The notes beneath the pieces were generated by a model. The model was given only the letters and a program-made list of their open reading frames with translations, did not search any database and was not told the DNA's origin. Position numbers and translations under genes: made by a program. 13,499 nt of DNA from Prasinococcaceae sp. CCMP 1430. Taxonomy: Eukaryota; Plantae; Prasinodermophyta. Positions 9,056-13,499 of this stretch are shown here, piece by piece. Each line of letters begins with the position of its first letter. Within the stretch, counting starts at the first letter, position 1. Location: positions 2,400 through 15,898 of the forward strand of contig RQSC01000279.1 in NCBI GenBank assembly GCA_013416795.1, given 5' to 3'.

Positions 9056-9666
9056 GACGGCGAGTGCGCCCCTCTGCCCGCCGAAGAGGTCAGGGCCACA
9101 CTGAGCAGAGAGCGCTGCGGCCGCTACGGCAGCGAGTGCGAATGCGCGCAGACGGGTGCCCCTAATCACTATCACTTCGAAGGCGGGTACGCCGCGTGCG
9201 AGTGGAGGGACGGCGAGTGCGCCGTCGCGCCGGCCGGGGAGGGCTCCGATAGCACGACCAGCCCCACAGAGGCCACCGCCGAGGCCGACATACACGACTG
9301 CAGCGCCTTCAGCGAGGCCTGCTGCGCCGAGTACAACGACGAGTGCAAGTGGAGGGACGGCGAGTGCGCCTCCCGTTCCTACGAGGAGATGGAAGCCATA
9401 GAGAACAGAGAGCGCTGCGGCTCCATCGCCAGCGAGTGCGCATGCGAGCGGACGGGTGCCCTTAACACCTGGCACTTCAACAGAGGGTACGTAGCGTGCG
9501 AGTGGAGGGACGGCGAGTGCGCCGTCGCGGCGCCCGAGGAGGACTCCGATAGCACGACCACCCCCCCGAACAACACCGCGGAGACCTACAAATACGGCTG
9601 CGGCAAATTCAGCGAGGCATGCTGCGCCGAGTACAACGACGAGTGCGAGTGGAGGGACGGCAAGTG
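9056..9666 (+). repeat. Internal 300-bp (100-aa, two-module) tandem duplication in copy 2
   Basis: Lines at 9121/9421, 9181/9481 and 9301/9601 align with an exact 300-nt period. Outer boundaries are approximate. Confidence 0.85.
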
Positions 9667-10642
9667 CGCCTCCCTTTCCCACGACGAAATGGAGGTCATG
9701 CGGCACAGAGAGATCTGTGCCTCCATGGCTGGCGAGGACGAATGCGCCGAGTACAATGAGTGCGAGTGGAGCGACGACGAGTGCGCCTCCCTGCCCGACG
9801 AGGAGATGCTCGCCATATGGATCAGAGAGCACGAGGAGATGTTCGCCATGTGGATCAGAGGGAGCTGCGGCTACATCGCCAGCGAGAACATTTGCAAAGC
9901 GACCAGAAGAAGTAGCCACGAGTGCGAGTGGAGCGACGGCGAGTGCGTCGCGCAATGCGGCTCCATCACCAGCGAGGTCGCCTGCACCATCTTGCGCGAA
10001 TGCGAGTGGAGCGACGGAGAGTGCGTCGTCAAGGCCGAGGAGAAGAAGAAAAAGAAGAAGAACAAGGCCAAGAAGAACAAGTCCAAGAAGTTGAAGTCCA
10101 AGAAGGAGGACTCCGACAGCATGACAAGCCCCCCCACGCACACCGCCGAGGACATGACGACCACCGGGTGCGTGACGCGGCTCGTAAGCGCCAGCGCGCG
10201 CACGTACGCAAGGGCATGCACTTGCACGCGCGCACGCCGGGGCTGACGCTGGCCACAAACACACATCAATGCACGCGCACACACACCTGCACTCACACAC
10301 ACGCGCGGCAACGCCCACGCGCGCACACGCACATGTGCATGTTTGGCCACACACGTCTCGGACATCACCGGGGTTGCGGCTGCGCCTTACAGATACGGGT
10401 GCGGCGACGTCAGTGAGACCTTGTGCGCAGAGATCGACGGGTGCGAGTGGAGCGACGTCGAGTGCGTCGTCAAGGCCACGAAGAAGAAGGCCAAGAAGAT
10501 CGAGGAGATGGCTGTTGTGCGGACCACAGAGTACTGCGGCTACTTCACCAGAAAGGACGCCTGCACCCAGGTCCACGGGTGCGAGTGGAGCGACAGCGAG
10601 AGTGTCGTCAAAGCCGAGAAGAAGAAGCAGAACAAGAAGACT

Positions 10643-10726
10643 CTCTTCTTCTTCAGGTTCTTCTTCGTCTTCTTCTTCTACAGGTTCTTCTTGTTCAGGT
10701 GCTTGTTGTTCCGGTTCGTCTTCTTC
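10643..10726 (+). other. TTC-rich tract encoding LFFFRFFFVFFFYRFFLFRCLLFRFVFF inside the Lys tail of copy 2; equals the unreversed complement of a Lys-tail sequence
   Basis: In-frame base complement gives gag aag aag aag tcc aag aag aag cag aag aag aag atg tcc aag aag aac aag tcc acg aac aac aag gcc aag cag aag aag (EKKKSKKKQKKKMSKKNKSTNNKAKQKK). Confidence 0.85.
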
Positions 10727-10803
10727 GGGAAGAAGAAGGCTAAAAAGAAGGCCGCGAAGGGCGGCATGTAGGCGGGTGAGCAGGCGCCGAGGCGCGGGCG
10801 CTG

Positions 10804-10821
10804 GCGCTCTCTAGAGAGCGC
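10804..10821. repeat. Second copy of the 18-bp palindrome GCGCTCTCTAGAGAGCGC
   Basis: Read directly. Confidence 0.9.
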
Positions 10822-10938
10822 TCCCCTCGCGCGGCAGGCACAGCAGCGCGTCCGCGCGTGGATCTCGCGTAAACTCTCGCGCTCGGACGCGACTCGAAGC
10901 TCGGATGGACTCGGAGGTTCGAACACACACACACACAC

Positions 10939-10978
<40 letters not shown>

Positions 10979-11029
10979 GCCGAAGACGTCGGCGCGCAGG
11001 AGGTCGAGCAGCGGCCGCGCTGCAGGGAC
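10979..11029 (-). pseudogene. Second, more truncated EDR2-like orphan exon ([17 protein letters not shown])
   Basis: Identical to the first 51 nt of the 7691-7572 fragment, with the same gcag| acceptor. Truncated by a (TG)n tract. Confidence 0.75.
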
Positions 11030-11862
11030 CTGCGGGACAGGCGTGCGTGTGTGTGTTTGTGCGTGTGCGTGTGTGCGTGTGTGTGCCTTTGTGTGTGTGT
11101 GTGTCTGTGTGCGCGTGCGTGTGTGTGTTTGCGCGTGTGTGTGTGTTTGTGCGTGTGCGTGTGCGTGTGTGTGCCTGTATGTGTGTGTGTGTCTGTGTGT
11201 GTGCGTGCCTGTGTGTGTGTGTGTGTGTGCCTGTGTGCGCGCTGGCGTGTGTGTACGTTTGTGCGCCTGCGTGTGTGCATGCTGTGTGTGTGCATGTTCG
11301 TGTTCGTGCGTGTTCGTGTGTGTGTGTTTGCTTGAGCGTTCGCGTGCGCTTGCGGGTGGGTGTGAGGGCGCAGGAGCATACAGACCCTAGATAGATCAAG
11401 TCACCAAAAATTGTGAACCTCAACTTCGCGCCGCGTTCCCCCTCGCGCACGTGTGCGCGTGCGCGCGTGCGCGTGCGTGTGCGCGTGTGCGCGCGCGTGT
11501 GCCCGCATGTGTGCTCGTAACAGTACAAAACGCACGTGCGCGCGGCTGCGGGACGAACGCGCCGCGGGAGGAACCGGGAGGAACACGGACGGCGTCGGTC
11601 GGGTGGAGACGCGCACGCGCGCGGGGCGAGCGTGCGCGCGCGCGCGCCAGCGAGGGACAGGCGAGGCGCCTCGCGGTGGCGGACGCTGCCCAGCACGGTG
11701 GGTGCGTAAGGAGGGGGGAGACTGGGCCTGTGGTGTGTGTACACAGCGTGCGTGGCTGCGCGCGCGTGCCTGCGCGTGAGTGCGTGCTCGAGCCACAGGG
11801 CGCGCGCGTTGCGACGCGCGAAGGAGCGGAGCACGCCGGAGCGGCGCGCGTCCCCAACCGCC

Positions 11863-12939
11863 ATGGCGCCCCCCCGCGGGCGCCTCGCGGCGGCGCTCGC
11901 GGCCGCTGCGGCGTTGGCGCTGGCGGCCTCGCTGCTCCCCGCCGCGCAGGGGGGGGGGCACCCATGCGCCCGGTTTCATGCCGTGCGAAGAGCGGAGTGC
12001 TGGTCCGCGCTCTGCCCCTCCATCGCTGCGCCGGATGACTGCACCAACTCCAACTTCGACGGGATCACTCTTGACAGCCGCCACTGCGAGTGGAGGGACG
12101 GCAGGTGCGCCCCCCTGCCCACCGAGGAAACCGTGGTCGCAGAGAGCAGAGAGCGCTGCGGCGGCTTCGCAAGCGAGTCCGACTGCGAGTCCGACTCCCC
12201 CATGTGGGCGGGGTACGTCGCGTGCGAGTGGAGGGACGGCGAGTGCGCCGTCTCAATGTCCGCCGACGAGCTGAGGGGCATGTGGGACAGAGAGCGCTGC
12301 GGCTGCTTCGACAGCGAGTCCGACTGCTGGCGGCTTGGTGTCTCTGACGACTACCACTTGCAGGCCGGGTACGCCACGTGCGAGTGGAGGGACGGCGAGT
12401 GCGTCGTCAAGGCTGAGAAGAAGAAGAAGAAGAAGAAGAAGAAGGGAACGACAGGGTGCGTGTTACGGCTCGTGAGCGCGAGCGCGCGCGCGTACGCACG
12501 GGCATGCACGCGCACGCGTGCACGCATTCCGGGGCTGACGCTGGCGCGCACACACATTAATGCACGCGCACACACACCTGCACTCGCACACACGCGCGGC
12601 AACGCACACGCGCGCACACACACATGTGCATATTTGGACACACACGTCTCGGACATCACCGGGGTCGCGACTGCGCCTTACAGATACGGGTGCGGCGACG
12701 TCAGCGAGGCCTTGTGCGACGTGTTCGACGGGTGCGAGTGGAGGGACGGCGAGTGCGTCGACAAAGCCCAGCAGAAGAACAACAACAACAAGAAGAAGAA
12801 GGCAAAGAAGATGAAGGCAAAGAAGGTGAAGGCGAAGAAGGAGAAGAAGAAGCAGAAGACGAAGGCCAAGAAGGCCAAGAGGAAGATCACAAAGAAGGCC
12901 AAGAAGGCCAAGAAGAAGACGGCGAAGGGCGGCGTGTAG
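11863..12939 (+). CDS. Cys-module / poly-Lys-tail secreted protein, copy 3 (intact; 4 modules); join(11863..12455,12684..12939), 282 aa
   Basis: gccATGg context; signal-peptide-like MAPPRGRLAAALAAAAALALAASLLPAAQG; four CEWRDG[RE]C modules; two Lys tracts; ends TAKGGV*. Intron 12456-12683 is GT-AG, phase 2, 228 nt, homologous to the copy 2 intron. Confidence 0.85.
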   Translation: MAPPRGRLAAALAAAAALALAASLLPAAQGGGHPCARFHAVRRAECWSALCPSIAAPDDCTNSNFDGITLDSRHCEWRDGRCAPLPTEETVVAESRERCGGFASESDCESDSPMWAGYVACEWRDGECAVSMSADELRGMWDRERCGCFDSESDCWRLGVSDDYHLQAGYATCEWRDGECVVKAEKKKKKKKKKGTTGCVLRLVSASARAYARACTRTRARIPGLTLARTHINARAHTPALAHTRGNAHARTHTCAYLDTHVSDITGVATAPYRYGCGDVSEALCDVFDGCEWRDGECVDKAQQKNNNNKKKKAKKMKAKKVKAKKEKKKQKTKAKKAKRKITKKAKKAKKKTAKGGV

Positions 12940-13499
12940 GTGCTGGCGACAACCCGTTCGTATGTTACCTTTGGAGTTCGACGCCCCCGGCGGGGCGCGC
13001 GCGGCGATAGTGCGTGTGTGATTGTGTGATTGTGTGTGTTTGTGTGTGTGTGTGTGCGCGCGCGCGTGTGTGTGTGTGCGGGTGCGTGTGTGTGTGTGTA
13101 CACGTGCGTCCATGCGCGCGTGTGCCTTCGTGTGCGCCTGCGCGTGCGCACGCGTGCGTGTGTGTGTTGGCGGCCGGGTGGAGGAAGAGGGCATAGACCC
13201 TAGATCAAAGTAGTCCACCGGACCACAAAAAGGTAACCCGTACCTTCGCGCTGCGTTCCCCCTCGCGCGAGCGCGTGTGCGCGCGCGCGTGCGCGTGCGC
13301 GTGCGCGCGCGCGCGTGCCCGCGTGCGCGCTCGTAACAGTACAAATCGCACGCGCGCGCGGCTGCGGGACGAACGCGCCGCGGGAGGAACCGGGAGGAAC
13401 ACGAACAGCGTCGGTCGGGTGGAGACGCGCACGCGCGCGGGGCGTGCGTGCGCGCGCTCCAGCGAGGGACAGGCGAGGTGCCCCGCGTTGGTGGACGCG
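12940..13499 (+). repeat. Start of array unit 4 (spacer/upstream block; the expected CDS would begin beyond the window)
   Basis: 13253-13499 aligns with 8014-8280 and 11433-11690. Confidence 0.8.

Larger units (their letters stand above)
7223..10771 (+). repeat. Array unit 2 (spacer + copy 2), 3549 bp
   Basis: Sequence after the stops at 7222 and 10771 is near-identical for ~150 bp. Upstream blocks 7964-8447 and 11377-11862 align. Confidence 0.85.
8448..10771 (+). pseudogene. Cys-module / poly-Lys protein, copy 2 (13 modules); join(8448..10167,10393..10771), frameshifted by a 10-nt deletion just after the ATG; downstream frame intact (695 aa from 8459)
   Basis: The ATG context CCAACCGCCATGGCGCC matches copy 3, but ATG 8448 is out of frame with the module ORF. 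11 CxWxDxxC modules in exon 1 and 2 in exon 2. Intron 10168-10392 is GT-AG, phase 2, with an in-frame TGA at 10244-10246. Pseudogene versus sequencing error cannot be decided here. Confidence 0.6.
10772..12939 (+). repeat. Array unit 3 (spacer + copy 3), 2168 bp
   Basis: Spacer aligns with 7223-8447 apart from microsatellite length changes and a ~165-nt deletion. Confidence 0.85.

Noticed and set aside
8520-10030. CRISPR-like look of a near-identical ~24-nt core separated by variable sequence
   Set aside because: Repeats are in-frame coding modules of a eukaryotic gene, spacing is long and irregular, and no cas genes are present.
10643-10729. Phe-rich tract as a conventional transmembrane or tail anchor
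   Set aside because: Four Arg residues break it up; the longest uncharged run is 8 aa, too short for a standard TM helix.
976-12683. Several introns have lengths divisible by 3 (216, 171, 135, 183, 225, 228)
   Set aside because: 6 of 14 is close to the one-third expected by chance, and most contain in-frame stops.

Overview
This is GC-rich eukaryotic genomic DNA, probably a green-lineage alga (inference from gene content and composition). Almost all non-coding sequence is (TG)n/(CA)n/(CG)n microsatellite, so most ORF-track entries (VCVC.../HTHT...) are artefacts. Hand-spliced gene models for the left half: 3' end of a THUMP-domain gene (+, to 762); a 5-exon YjjX-type inosine/xanthosine triphosphatase (+, ~842-2439) with no ATG upstream of its first conserved motif; a convergent gene of at least 8 exons encoding an EDR2 C-terminal (DUF1336) domain protein (-, 2606 to >5532, start unresolved). 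An AT-richer repeat-containing island (5856-6341) and a 267-N gap follow. The right half is a tandem array of an unrecognised family of putatively secreted proteins built from 4-Cys 'C-E-W-R-D-G-E-C' modules with poly-Lys tails ending AKGG[MV]. Copy 1 has 1 module; copy 2 has 13 and is frameshifted just after its ATG; copy 3 has 4 and is intact; the upstream region of a 4th copy runs off the window end. Two array spacers carry a decayed antisense exon homologous to the neighbouring EDR2-like gene. The strangest signal is an 84-nt tract in the tail of copy 2 (10643-10726) that reads as the base-for-base complement, NOT the reverse complement, of a Lys-tail sequence, turning poly-Lys into poly-Phe in frame. 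All calls come from reading the sequence by eye; no database search or RNA evidence was available.
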